Source of the DNA: Eledone cirrhosa
Taxonomy: Eukaryota
Assembly (NCBI GenBank): GCA_964016885.1
Contig: OZ024754.1
Coordinates: 31,744,001 to 31,808,000, forward strand
Length of the DNA stretch: 64,000 nucleotides
Direction: 5' to 3'
Below are positions 41,401 through 55,400 of the stretch, piece by piece. Numbering within the stretch: the stretch's first letter is position 1; each line of letters opens with the position of its first letter. Below the pieces are notes generated by a model that had not been told where the DNA came from, made no database searches, and worked only from the letters and a program-made list of their open reading frames with translations. Made by a program: the position numbers and the translations under genes.

Positions 41401-44400
41401 CCCACACTGTACTGTCATGTCCCACCCACACTGTACCGTCAAGTACCACCCACACTGTACTATCATGTACCACCCACACAGTACCGTCATGTACCATTCA
41501 CACTGTACCGTCATGTACCACCCACACTGTACTGTCATGTCCCACCCACACTGTACCGTCATGTACCACCCACACTGTACTGTCATGTACCACCCACACT
41601 GTACCGTCATGTACCATTCACACTGTACTGTCATGTACCATTCACACTGTACTGTCATGTACCATCCACACTGTACTGTCATGTACCACCCACACTGTAC
41701 CGTCATGTACCATCCACACTGTACTGTCATGTACCACCCACACTGTACTGTCATGTACCACCCACACTGTACTGTCATGTCCCACCCACACTGTACCGTC
41801 ATGTACCAACCACACTGTACTGTCATGTACCACCCACACTGTACCGTCATGTACCATTCCCACCGTACCGTCATGTACCACCCACACTGTACTGTCATGT
41901 CCCACCTACACTGTACTGTCATGTACCATCCACACTGTACTGTCATGTACCACCCACACTGTACCGTCATGTACCATCCACAATGTACCGTCATGTACCA
42001 TCCACACTGTACTGTCATGTACCACCCACACTGTACTGTCATGTACTACCCGCACTGTACCGTCATGTACCATCTACACTGTACTGTCATGTACCACCCA
42101 CACTGTACTGTGGGTTACCAATCACACTGTACTGTCATGTACCATCCACACTGTACCGTAATGTACCACCCAGACTGTACTGTCATGTACCATCCACACT
42201 GTACCGTCATGCACCACCCACACTGTACCGTCATGCAGCACCCACACTGTACCGTCATCTACCATCCACACTGTACCGTCATGTACCATCCACACTGTAC
42301 CGTCATGTACCATCCACACTGTACCGTCATGTACCACCCACATTGTACCGTCATGTACCACCCATCATGTACCGTCTTGTACCACCCACACTGTACTGTC
42401 ATGTACCACCCACACTGTACCGTCATATACCACCCATCATGTACCGGCATGTACCATCCTCACTGTACCGTCATGTACCACCCACACTGTACTGTCATGT
42501 ACCATCCACACTGTACTGTAATGTCCCATCCACACTGTACTGTCATGTACCGTCCACACTGTACCGTCATGTACCACCCATCATCATGTACCGTCATGTA
42601 CCATCGACACTGTACTGTCATGTACCACCCATAATGTACCGTCATGTACCATCCACACTGTTCTGTCATGTACTACCCACACTGTACTGTCATGTACCAC
42701 CCACACTGTACCGTCATGTACCACCCAAACTGTACTGTCATGAACCACCCATCATGTACTGTCATGTACCATTCACACTGTACTGTCATGTACCATTCAC
42801 ACTGTACCGTCCTGTACCACCCACACTGTACCGTCATGTACCACCCATCATGTACGTCATGTACCATCCACACTGTACCGTCATGTACCACACAGCTTGT
42901 ACCGTCATGTACCACCCACTCTGTACTGTCATGTACCATCCATACTGTATCGTCATGTACCACCCACACTGTACAGTCATGTACCACCCACACTGTATCG
43001 TCATGCACCACCCCACTGCACCGTCATGTACCATCCACACCGTACCGTCATGTACCACCCACACTGTACCGTCATGTGCCATCCACACTGTACCGTCATG
43101 TACCATCCACACTGTACCGTCATGTACCACCCACACTGTACCGTCATGTACCATCCACACTTCACCGTCATGTACCATCCACACTGTACCGTCATGTACC
43201 ACACACTTAACCGTCATGTACCACTCACACTGTACCGTCATGTACCACCCACACTGTACAGTCATGTCCCAACCACACTGTACTGTCATGTACCATCCAC
43301 ACTGTACTGTCATGTACCATCCAAAATGTACCGTCATGTACCATCCACACTGTACTGTCACGTACCATTCACACTGTACCGTCATGTACCATCCACACTG
43401 TATAGTCATGTACCACCCACACTGTACTGTCATGTACCACCCACACTGTACTGTGGGTTACCAATAACACTGTAATGTCATGTACCACCCACACTGTACC
43501 GTCATGCAACACCCACACTGTACCGTCATGTACCACCCACACTGTACCTTCATGTACCATCCACACTGTACTGTCATGTACCACCCACACTGTACCGTCA
43601 TGTACCATCCACACTGTACTGTGGGTTACCAATCACACTGTACCGCCATGTACCATCCACACTGTACCGTCATGTACCACCCACACTGTACCGTCATGTA
43701 CCACCCACACTGTACTGTGGGTTACCAATCACACTGTACCGTCATGTACCATCCACACTGTACCGTCATGTACCACCCACACTGTACCGTCATGTACCAC
43801 CCACACTGTACCTTCATGTACCATCCACACTGTACTGTCATGTACCATCCACACTGTACTCTCATGTACCACCCACACTGTACCGTCATGTACCACACAC
43901 TGTACCGTCATGTACCACTCACACTGTACCGTCATGTACCACCCACACTGTACAGTCATGTCCCAACCACACTGTACCGTCATGTACCATCCACACTGTA
44001 CTGTCATGTACCATTCACACTGTACCGTCATGTACCATCCACACTGTACAGTCATGTACCACCCACACTGTACTGTCATGTACCACCCACACTGTACTGT
44101 GGGTTACCAATAACACTGTACTGTCATGTACCACCCACACTGTACCGTCATGCACCACCCACACTGTACCGTCATGTACCACCGACACTGTACCTTCATG
44201 TACCATCCACACTGTACTGTCATGTACCACCCACACTGTACCGTCATGTACCATCCACACTGTACTGTGGGTTACCAATCACACTGTACCGCCATGTACC
44301 ATCCACACGGTACCGTCATGTACCACCCACACTGTACCGTCATGTACCACCCACACTGTACTGTCATGTACCACCCACACTGTACCGTCATGTACCATCC

Positions 44401-46331
44401 ACACTGTACCGTCATGTACCACCCACACTGTACCGTCATGTACCACCCACACTGTACCTTCATGTACCATCCACACTGTACTGTCATGCACCACCCACAC
44501 TGTACCGTCATGTACCACCCACACTGTACCTTCATGTACCATCCACACTGTACCGTCATGTACCAACCACACTGTACTCTCATGTACCACCAACACTGTA
44601 CCGTCATGTACCACCCATCATGTACCGACATGTACCATCCACACTGTACTCTAATGTCCCATCCACACTGCACCGTCATGTACCGTCCACACTGTACCGT
44701 CATGTACCACCCATCATGTACCGTCATGTACCAACCACACTGTACTATCATGTACCACCAACACTGTACCGTCATGTACCACCCATCATGTACCGACATG
44801 TACCATCCTCACTGTACCGTCATGTACCACCCACACTGTACTGTCATGTACCATCCACACTGTACTGTAATGTCCCATCCACACTGCACCGTCATGTACC
44901 GTCCACACTGTACCGTCATGTACCACCCAGACTGTACTGTCATGTACCACCCATCATGTACCGCCATGTACCATCCACACTGTACCGTCATGTACCACCC
45001 ATCATGTACCGTCATGTACCATCCACACTGTTCTGTCATGTACCATCCACACTGTACCGTCATGTACCACCCACACTGTACCGTCATGTACTACCCACAC
45101 TGTACTGTCATCTACCACCCACACTGTACTGTCATCTACCACCCCCGCTGTGCTGTCATGTACCACCCATCATGTACCGTCATGTACCAGCCACACTGTA
45201 CCGTCATGTACCACCCGTCATGTACCATCCACACTGTTCTGTCATGTACCATCCCCACTGTACTGTCATGTACCATCCATATTGTACTGTCATCTACCAC
45301 CCACACTGTACCGTCATCTACCACCCACACTATACTGTCATGTACCACCCCACTGTACCGTCATGTACCACCCCACTGTACCGTCATGTACTATCCACAC
45401 TGTACCGTATGTACCACCCACACTGTACTGTCATGTACCACCCACACTGTACCGTCATGTACCATCCATACTGTACCGTCATGTACCACCCACACTGTAC
45501 TGTCATGTACCATCCATACTGTACCGTCATGTACCACCCACACTGTACTGTCATGTACCATCCATACTGTACCGTCATGTACCACCCACACTGTACTGTC
45601 ATGTACCATCCATACTGTACTGTCATCTACCACCCACACTGTACCGTCATGTACCACCCACACTGTACTGTCATGTACCACCACACTGTACCGTCATGCA
45701 CCACCCCACTGTACCGTCATGTACCATCCACACTGTACCGTATGTACCACCCACACTGTACCGTCATGTGCCATCCACACTGTACCGTCATGTACCGTCC
45801 ACACTATACTGTCATGTCCCACCCACACTGTACCGTCATGTACCACCCACACTGTACTGTCATGTACCACCCACACTGTACCGTCATGTACCATTCACAC
45901 TGTACCGTCATGTACCATCCAGACTGTACCGTCATGTCCCACCCACACTGTACTGTCATGTACCACCCACACTGTACCGTCATGTACCATTCACACTCTA
46001 CTGTCATGTACCACCCACACTGCACCGTCATTTACCATTCACACTGTACCCTAATGTACCACCCACACTGTACTGTCATGTCCCACCCACACTGTGCCGT
46101 CATGTACCACCCACACTGTACTATCATGTACCACCCACACAGTACCGTCATGTACCATTCACACTGTACCGTCATGTACCACCCACACTGTACTGTCATG
46201 TCCCACCCACACTGTACCGTCATGTACCACCCACACTGTACCGTCATGTACCATTCACACTGTACTGTCATGTACCATTCACACTGTACTGTCATGTACC
46301 ATCCACACTGTACTGTCATGTACCACCCACA
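38454..46331 (+). repeat. 24-bp minisatellite, ~330 units
   Basis: GTACCAYCCACACTGTACYGTCAT with variant and occasional shorter units. Confidence 0.98.
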
Positions 46332-46863
46332 ATATATAAAAATCTATCAAGAAATATAGTTAGGTGTGTATATATATATGTATATACGCTCACAGATGTG
46401 CATATATGTATATGCACACATGTATACGTATAGTGAGAAAGTGTGCGTAATTCTAAAATTTAGGGCAAATGTATCTATATGTCTGTAATCTACAGACAGA
46501 ATAGTTACATCATAAATATACGAATATGAAGGCGCGCGCATAAAACGCCTGCACACTCGTACACTTAGATGCGGAAAGAAAGGAGGTAAGGGAGTGTAAT
46601 AATTAAAAGAAAAGTATCAGTCTCGATATATTTATAAAAATATAATAACGATAAATTAGAAAGAAAAAAATTATATATATATATATATATATAATATATA
46701 AGATCAAAAGATGGTTAAATGAGTTCCATGTATTTTATTATGCGCATTTCAAAAACAAATATCATCATGCAATAACATTTGTGTTTTCATCAGATAAAAT
46801 AGGAGGACATGATATGAAGGTTAAAAATACTTGTGGATAGTGCAGTTTTAAATCAACATAGTA

Positions 46864-47254
<391 letters not shown>

Positions 47255-47454
47255 CATGTTACCTAAGATTTCAAGGCCCATTCTAACATACACCTTAGAT
47301 ACCTTTGTTAGAGTAGGCTTTGAAACCTCAGGTAGCATGAGCTGTGTTAAGAATTTATATATATATGTATATATATGATAAAGGTTCTAAAAGATTTCAG
47401 TATTTTATTTATAAAATATTAATCATACAAAAGTTTATTTTATTTTATTTTATT

Positions 47455-48987
47455 TTAATCGGTTTTCGTTTTTTTCACACAACAACATCGATAACATTTC
47501 CGAATGAAATATACCATCAGATGTAGAAAAATGAGAATCACAACCAGAAACACACCATATATATCTAACATGAGAAATTGGTAAAGAGGCATAGTTTGAC
47601 AGTGAGACCTTAAATAGTCTCCGCCATATTTTATCACGTGATCTATATTCCGTGCACCTTTTGCTGCTGGGTGTTCTGGGCGAGAGCGATATATATCACT
47701 GGCTCGTTTAATGTTATTTTTATATTTTGGATTCTCAATCAGTTCATTGATGGTTGAGACAAGTTCATCTTTACTGTAACTATTCATATCCATGGAAATT
47801 CCGTATCCCTTTATTTGTATACGATGTGCATTGTGAAACTGATCTGCAAACACTGGAAATCCTAGCATTGGTACTCCGTGGTAGACAGCCTCAAACTGAC
47901 CGTTGCTGCCACAATGTGTAATAAAAAGTAGTGTTTTGGGATGACCCAAAAGATCATTTTGTGGAAGCCATTGTGTTACGTAGATGTTTGAAGGTAAGGA
48001 CTTCGTTGGTGATCGTTTCCAAATCACATCGTAATTTATTTGTCCGAAAGCCAACTCCATCTTTTTGATATGCTCTTTCGGTAATTTACTGATGATACTT
48101 CCGAAAGAAACCACGATAATTCCACGATTAGATTTCTCAACAAATTTACTGATTTCACCTTCCAATGGTGATGGTGGTCGTGTTGCTACTCCACCGACAT
48201 ATACGACATTGGGAAGAGAAGGTAATGGATATTCTGTTAATAAATCCATCTCTAAAAGATATAAATCAGCTTGATTCATTAACTTATCAAAACTTATGTC
48301 AGCTTTTTCTGGAGCATAAGTTTTAATACTTTTCGAAGGCTTTCCCATGAGTGGTCGAAAATACGAAGTCATCGTCATGACATTGTTAATTATTCTTTCA
48401 TAGAAATTCATTTTATCCGAATAAGGCATTATCATGTGGGGAAAAGCTGATGCAACCCAGGGTGTGCGACTGGTAGCAAAATGCTCGGGATTAATTCCTT
48501 GGAACACATATGGAATAGATAATCTGTATGGTATAATAGCCAAGCAGTTACTCATAAAAACATAATCAACCACAGCAATTGTGGCATTAATAGCTTTCAG
48601 AGACTGAAACCAATTTTCATCAAGTAAGAAGCTATCACAAACATCTTTAAGACTTTGCGCCATCATACTCCAAGTTACAGTCGTATTCTTTTGAAATTGT
48701 TCAACAGCTAATTCCTTAAATCTGATAATATGAGGATTATGTTTCATGGGCATAACTTTCACTCCCTCGTACGACCTGAAAGTTTTGGCCAGTTTATCAG
48801 TCATGGGGAAGTAACTCGTGTGAGAATATATGTCCAATTCTTTAGCTACATAACACATACTTTGCACGTGACTATATAACGGCCATGACAGAAAAAGTAC
48901 GTTGTCAGCTTTGGCAATTTTATTGGCATTCATTAAAACCAGGCATAATATGCTGCAATATGTAATTTTCCACGGCACGGCAATCAT
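47455..48987 (-). CDS. UDP-glycosyltransferase paralog 2, 510 aa, single coding exon
   Basis: Same motifs; 14 nucleotide differences from copy 1 by manual comparison. Confidence 0.96.
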   Translation of the reverse strand: MIAVPWKITYCSILCLVLMNANKIAKADNVLFLSWPLYSHVQSMCYVAKELDIYSHTSYFPMTDKLAKTFRSYEGVKVMPMKHNPHIIRFKELAVEQFQKNTTVTWSMMAQSLKDVCDSFLLDENWFQSLKAINATIAVVDYVFMSNCLAIIPYRLSIPYVFQGINPEHFATSRTPWVASAFPHMIMPYSDKMNFYERIINNVMTMTSYFRPLMGKPSKSIKTYAPEKADISFDKLMNQADLYLLEMDLLTEYPLPSLPNVVYVGGVATRPPSPLEGEISKFVEKSNRGIIVVSFGSIISKLPKEHIKKMELAFGQINYDVIWKRSPTKSLPSNIYVTQWLPQNDLLGHPKTLLFITHCGSNGQFEAVYHGVPMLGFPVFADQFHNAHRIQIKGYGISMDMNSYSKDELVSTINELIENPKYKNNIKRASDIYRSRPEHPAAKGARNIDHVIKYGGDYLRSHCQTMPLYQFLMLDIYGVFLVVILIFLHLMVYFIRKCYRCCCVKKTKTD

Positions 48988-49086
48988 TTTGAAGAAGAAT
49001 CTTTTCAAATGCCTGTAAACAGGAAGAAAGTTGTATTAGCAGAAGCAGTTGGAGTAGTATTAGTAGTAGTCTAATTATTACGAGAT

Positions 49087-49132
<46 letters not shown>

Positions 49133-49402
49133 AGTAGTAGTAGTAGTAGTAGCAGTAGCAGTGGTGGTTGTAGTAGTAGTAGTAGTAGTAGTGTTATTAG
49201 TAATAGTAGTAGTAGTAGTAAAGCAGTAGTAATAGTCTTAGCAGCAGAAGTAGTACCAGTAACATAAAGGAGTAGATTTAATCCTCTTTCCCCTCCTCTC
49301 AAATTACTGGCCTTGTGCCAAAATCATTAACCATTATTATTATTATGAACAAACATAGTTATCTCTGATCAAGACGAAGCGAGAGTGCATTAGAATTCTT
49401 AG

Positions 49403-52400
49403 AAACTCATCACCAGAACAGCTGTTAAAATAACCAAATGTTTTCATTGACAGTGATGGGCAAAAATGCCTCAGAATATAGAGATGATCGACCAGTGGTC
49501 GGTCGAGAGAGATGAGGTGACAGGCTGATGAAATATAGAGATGATCGGCCAGTGGTCGGTCGAGAGAGATGAGATGACAGGCTGATGATATATAGAGATG
49601 ATCGGCCAGTGGTCGGTCGAGAGAGATGAGGTGACAGGCTGATGATATATAAAGATGATCGGCCAGTGGTCGGTCGAGAGAGATGAGGTGACAGGCTGAT
49701 GAAATATAGAGATGATCGGCCAGTGGTCGGTCGAGAGAGATGAGGTGACAGGCTGATGAAATATAGAGATGATCGGCCAGTGGTCGGTCGAGAGAGATGA
49801 GGTGACAGGCTGATGAAATATAGAGATGATCGGCCAGTGGTCGGTCGAGAGAGATGAGATGACAGGCTGATGAAATATAGAGATGATCGGCCAGTGGTCG
49901 GTCGAGAGAGATGAGGTGACAAGCTGATGATATATAGAGATGATCGGCCAGTGGTCGGTCGAGAGAGATGAGGTGACAAGCTGATGATATATAGAGATGA
50001 TCGGCCAGTGATCGGTCGAGAGAGATGAGATGACAGGCTGATGAAATATAGAGATGATCGGCCAGTGATCGGTCGAGAGAGATGAGATGACAGGCTGATG
50101 AAATATAGAGATGATCGGCCAGTGGTCGGTCGAGAGAGATGAGATGACAGGCTGATGATATATAAAGATGATCGGCCAGTGGTCGGTCGAGAGGGATGAG
50201 GTGACAGGCTGATGATATATAGAGATGATCGGCCAGTGGTCGGTCGAGAGAGATGAGGTGACAGGCTGATGAAATATAGAGATGATCGGCCAGTGATCGG
50301 TCGAGAGAGATGAGGTGACAAGCTGATGATATATAGAGATGATCGGCCAGTGGTCGGTCGAGAGAGATGAGATGACAGGCTGATGAAATATAGAGATGAT
50401 CGGCCAGTGATCGGTCGAGAGAGATGAGGTGACAAGCTGATGATATATAGAGATGATCGGCCAGTGGTTGGTCGAGAGAGATGAGATGACAGGCTGATGA
50501 AATATAGAGATGATCGGCCAGTGGTCGGTCGAGAGAGATGAGGTGACAGGCTGATGAAATATAGAGATGATCGGGCAGTGGTCGGTCGAGAGAGATGAGA
50601 TGACAGGCTGATGAAATATAGAGATGATCGGCCAGTGGTCGGTCGAGAGAGATGAGGTGACAGGCTGATGAAATATAGAGATGATCGGCCAGTGGTCGGT
50701 CGAGAGAGATGAGATGACAGGCTGATGAAATATAGAGATGATCGGCCAGTGGTCGGTCGAGAGAGATGAGATGACAGGCTGATGAAATATAGAGATGATC
50801 GGCCAGTGGTTGGTCGAGAGAGATGAGGTGACAGGCTGATGAAATATAGAGATGATCGGGCAGTGGTCGGTCGAGAGAGATGAGGTGACAGGCTGATGAA
50901 ATATAGAGATGATCGGCCAGTGGTCGGTCGAGAGAGAGGAGGTGACAGGCTGATGATATATAGAGATGATCGGCCAGTGGTCGGTCGAGAGAGATGAGGT
51001 GACAGGCTGATGAAATATAGAGATGATCGGCCAGTGGTCGGTCGAGAGAGATGAGGTGACAAGCTGATGATATATAGAGATGATCGGCCAGTGGTCGGTC
51101 GAGAGAGATGAGGTGACAAGCTGATGAGATATAGAGATGATCGACCAGTGGTCGGTCGAGAGAGATGAGATGACAGGCTGATGAAATATAGAGATGATCG
51201 GCCAGTGGTCGGTCGAGAGAGATGAGGTGACAGGCTGATGAAATATAGAGATGATCGGCCAGTGGTCGGTCGAGAGAGATGAGGTGACAAGCTGATTAAA
51301 TATAGAGATGATCGGCCAGTGGTCGGTCGAGAGAGATGAGGTGACAAGCTGATTAAATATAGAGATGATCGGCCAGTGGTCGGTCGAGAGAGATGAGGTG
51401 ACAGGCTGATGAAATATAGAGATGATCGGCCAGTGGTCGGTCGAGAGGGATGAGATGACAAGCTGATGAAATATAGAGATGATCGGCCAGTGGTCGGTCG
51501 AGAGAGATGAGATGACAGGCTGATGAAATATAAAGATGATCGGCCAGTGGTCGGTCGAGAGAGATGAGATGACAGGCTGATGAAATATAAAGATGATCGG
51601 CCAGTGGTCGGTCGAGAGAGATGAGATGACAGGCTGATGAAATATAAAGATGATCGGCCAGTGGTCGGTCGAGAGAGATGAGATGACAGGCTGATGAAAT
51701 ATAGAGATCATCGGCCAGTGGTCGGTCGAGAGAGATGAGATGACAGGCTGATGTAATATAGAGATGTTCGGGCAGTGGTCAGTCGAGAGAGATGAGGTGA
51801 CAGGCTGATGAAATATAGAGATGATCGGCCAGTGGTCGGTCGAGAGAGATGAGGTGACAGGCTGATGAAATATAGAGATGATCGGCCAGTGGTCGGTCGA
51901 GAGAGATGAGGTGACAGGCTGATGATATATAGAGATGATCGGCCAGTGGTCGGTCGAGAGAGATGAGGTGACAGGCTGATAAAATATAGATATCATTGGC
52001 CAGTGGTCGGTCGAGAGAGATGAGGTGACAGGCTGATGATATATAGATATCATCGGCCAGTGGTCGGTCGAGAGAGATGAGATGACAGGCTGATGAAATA
52101 TAGAGATGATCGGCCAGTGGTCGGTCGAGAGAGATGAGGTGACAGGCTGATGAAATATAGAGATGATCGGCCAGTGGTCGGTCGAGAGAGATGAGGTGAC
52201 AGGCTGATGAAATATAGAGATGATCGACCAGTGGTCGGTCGAGAGAGATGAGGTGACAGGCTGATGAAATATAGAGATGATCGACCAGTGGTCGGTCGAG
52301 AGAGATGAGGTGACAGGCTGATGAAATATAGAGATGATCGGCCAGTGGTCGGTCGAGAGAGATGAGGTGACAGGCTGATGAAATATAGAGATCATCGGCC

Positions 52401-55400
52401 AGTGGTCGGTCGAGAGAGATGAGATGACAGGCTGATGAAATATAGATATCATCGGCTAGTGGTCGGTCGAGAGAGATGAGGTGACAGGCTGATGAAATAT
52501 AGATATCATCGGCCAGTGGTCGGTCGAGAGAGATGAGGTGACAGGCTGATGAAATATAGAGATGATCGACCAGTGGTCGGTCGAGAGAGATGAGGTGACA
52601 GGCTGATGAAATATAGAGATGATCGGCTAGTGGTCGGTCGAGAGAGATGAGGTGACAGGCTGATGAAATATAGAGATGATCGGCCAGTGGTCGGTCGAGA
52701 GAGATGAGGTGACAGGCTGATGATATATAGAGATGATCGGCCAGTGGTCGGTCGAGAGAGATGAGGTGACAGGCTGATGATATATAGAGATGATCGGCCA
52801 GTGGTCGGTCGAGAGAGATGAGGTGACAGGCTGATGAAATATAGACATCATCGGCCAGTGGTCGGTCGAGAGAGATGAGGTGACAGGCTGATGAAATATA
52901 GAGATGATCGGCCAGTGGTCGGTCGAGAGAGATGAGGTGACAGGCTGATGATATATAGAGATGATCGGCCAGTGGTCGGTCGAGAGAGATGAGGTGACAG
53001 GCTGATGATATATAGAGATGATCGGCCAGTGGTCGGTCGAGAGAGATGAGGTGACAGGCTGATGATATATAGAGATGATCGGCCAGTGGTCGGTCGAGAG
53101 AGATGAGGTGACAAGCTGATTAAATATAGAGATGATCGGCCAGTGGTCGGTCGAGAGAGATGAGGTGACAGGCTGATGAAATATAGAGATGATCGGCCAG
53201 TGGTCGGTCGAGAGAGATGAGGTGACAAGCTGATTAAATATAGAGATGATCGGCCAGTGGTCGGTCGAGAGAGATGAGGTGACAAGCTGATTAAATATAG
53301 AGATGATCGGCCAGTGGTCGGTCGAGAGAGATGAGGTGACAGGCTGATGAAATATAGAGATGATCGGCCAGTGGTCGGTCGAGAGAGATGAGGTGACAGG
53401 CTGATGATATATAGAGATGATCGGCCAGTGGTCGGTCGAGAGAGATGAGGTGACAAGCTGATTAAATATAGAGATGATCGGCCAGTGGTCGGTCGAGAGA
53501 GATGAGGTGACAGGCTGATGATATATAGAGATGATCGGCCAGTGGTCGGTCGAGAGAGATGAGGTGACAGGCTGATGAAATATAGAGATGATCGGCCAGT
53601 GGTCGGTCGAGAGAGATGAGGTGACAAGCTGATTAAATATAGAGATGATCGGCCAGTGGTCGGTCGAGAGAGATGAGGTGACAGGCTGATGAAATATAAA
53701 GATGATCGGCCAGTGGTCGGTCGAGAGGGATGAGATGACAAGCTGATGAAATATAGAGATGATCGGCCAGTGGTCGGTCGAGAGAGATGAGATGACAGGC
53801 TGATGAAATATAGAGATCATCGGCCAGTGGTCGGTCGAGAGAGATGAGATGACAGGCTGATGAAATATAGAGATGATCGGCCAGTGGTCGGTCGAGAGAG
53901 ATGAGGTGACAGGCTGATGAAATATAGAGATGATCGGCCAGTGGTCGGTCGAGAGAGATGAGATGACAGGCTGATGAAATATAGAGATCATCGGCCAGTG
54001 GTCGGTCGAGAGAGATGAGATGACAGGCTGATGAAATATAGAGATGATCGGCCAGTGGTCGGTCGAGAGAGATGAGGTGACAGGCTGATGAAATATAAAG
54101 ATGATCGGCCAGTGGTCGGTCGAGAGAGATGAGATGACAGGCTGATGAAATATAGAGATCATCGGCCAGTGGTCGGTCGAGAGAGATGAGGTGACAGGCT
54201 GATGATATATAGATATCATCGGCCAGTGGTCGGTCGAGAGAGATGAGGTGACAGGCTGATGAAATATAGAGATGATCGGCCAGTGGTCGGTCGAGAGAGA
54301 TGAGGTGACAGGCTGATGAAATATAGAGATGATCGGCCAGTGGTCGGTCGAGAGAGATGAGGTGACAGGCTGATGAAATATAGAGATGATCGGCCAGTGG
54401 TCGGTCGAGAGAGACGAGGTGACAGGCTGATGAAATATAGAGATGATCGGCCAGTGGTCGGTCGAGAGGGATGAGGTGACAGGCTGATGAAATATAAAGA
54501 TGATCGGCCAGTGGTCGGTCGAGAGGGATGAGGTGACAGGCTGATGAAATATAGAGATGATCGGCCAGTGGTCGGTCGAGAGAGATGAGGTGACAGGCTG
54601 ATGATATATAAAGATGATCGGCCAGTGGTCGGTCGAGAGAGATGAGGTGACAGGCTGATGAAATATAGAGATGATCGGCCAGTGGTCGGTCGAGAGAGAT
54701 GAGGTGACAGGCTGATGAAATATAGAGATGATCGGCCAGTGGTCGGTCGAGAGAGATGAGGTGACAGGCTGATGAAATATAGAGATGATCGGCCAGTGGT
54801 CGGTCGAGAGAGATGAGGTGACAGGCTGATGAAATATAGAGATGATCGGCCAGTGGTCGGTCGAGAGAGATGAGGTGACAGGCTGATGATATATAGAGAT
54901 GATCGGCCAGTGGTCGGTCGACAGAGATGAGGTGACAGGCTGATGAGATATAAAGATGATCGGCCAGTGGTCGGTCGAGAGAGATGAGGTGACAGGCTGA
55001 TGATATATAGAGATGATCGGCCAGTGGTCGGTCGAGAGAGATGAGGTGACAGGCTGATGAAATATAGAGATGATCGGCCAGTGGTCGGTCGAGAGAGATG
55101 AGGTGACAGGCTGATGAAATATAGAGATGATCGGCCAGTGGTCGGTCGAGAGAGATGAGGTGACAGGCTGATGATATATAGAGATGATCGGCCAGTGGTC
55201 GGTCGAGAGAGATGAGATGACAGGCTGATAAAATATAGATATCATCGGCCAGTGGTCGGTCGAGAGATATGAGGTGACAGGCTGATGAGATATAAAGATG
55301 ATCGGCCAGTGGTCGGTCGAGAGATATGAGGTGACAGGCTGATGAGATATAAAGATGATCGGCCAGTGGTCGGTCGAGAGAGATGAGGTGACAGGCTGAT

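Noticed and set aside
38395-46433. Long His/Cys/Pro-rich ORFs (MYHPHCTV, PPTLYRHV) as a structural protein
   Set aside because: Translations of a 24-bp repeat, open in several frames and broken by shorter units; no reflectin, suckerin or beak-protein motifs that I recognise.
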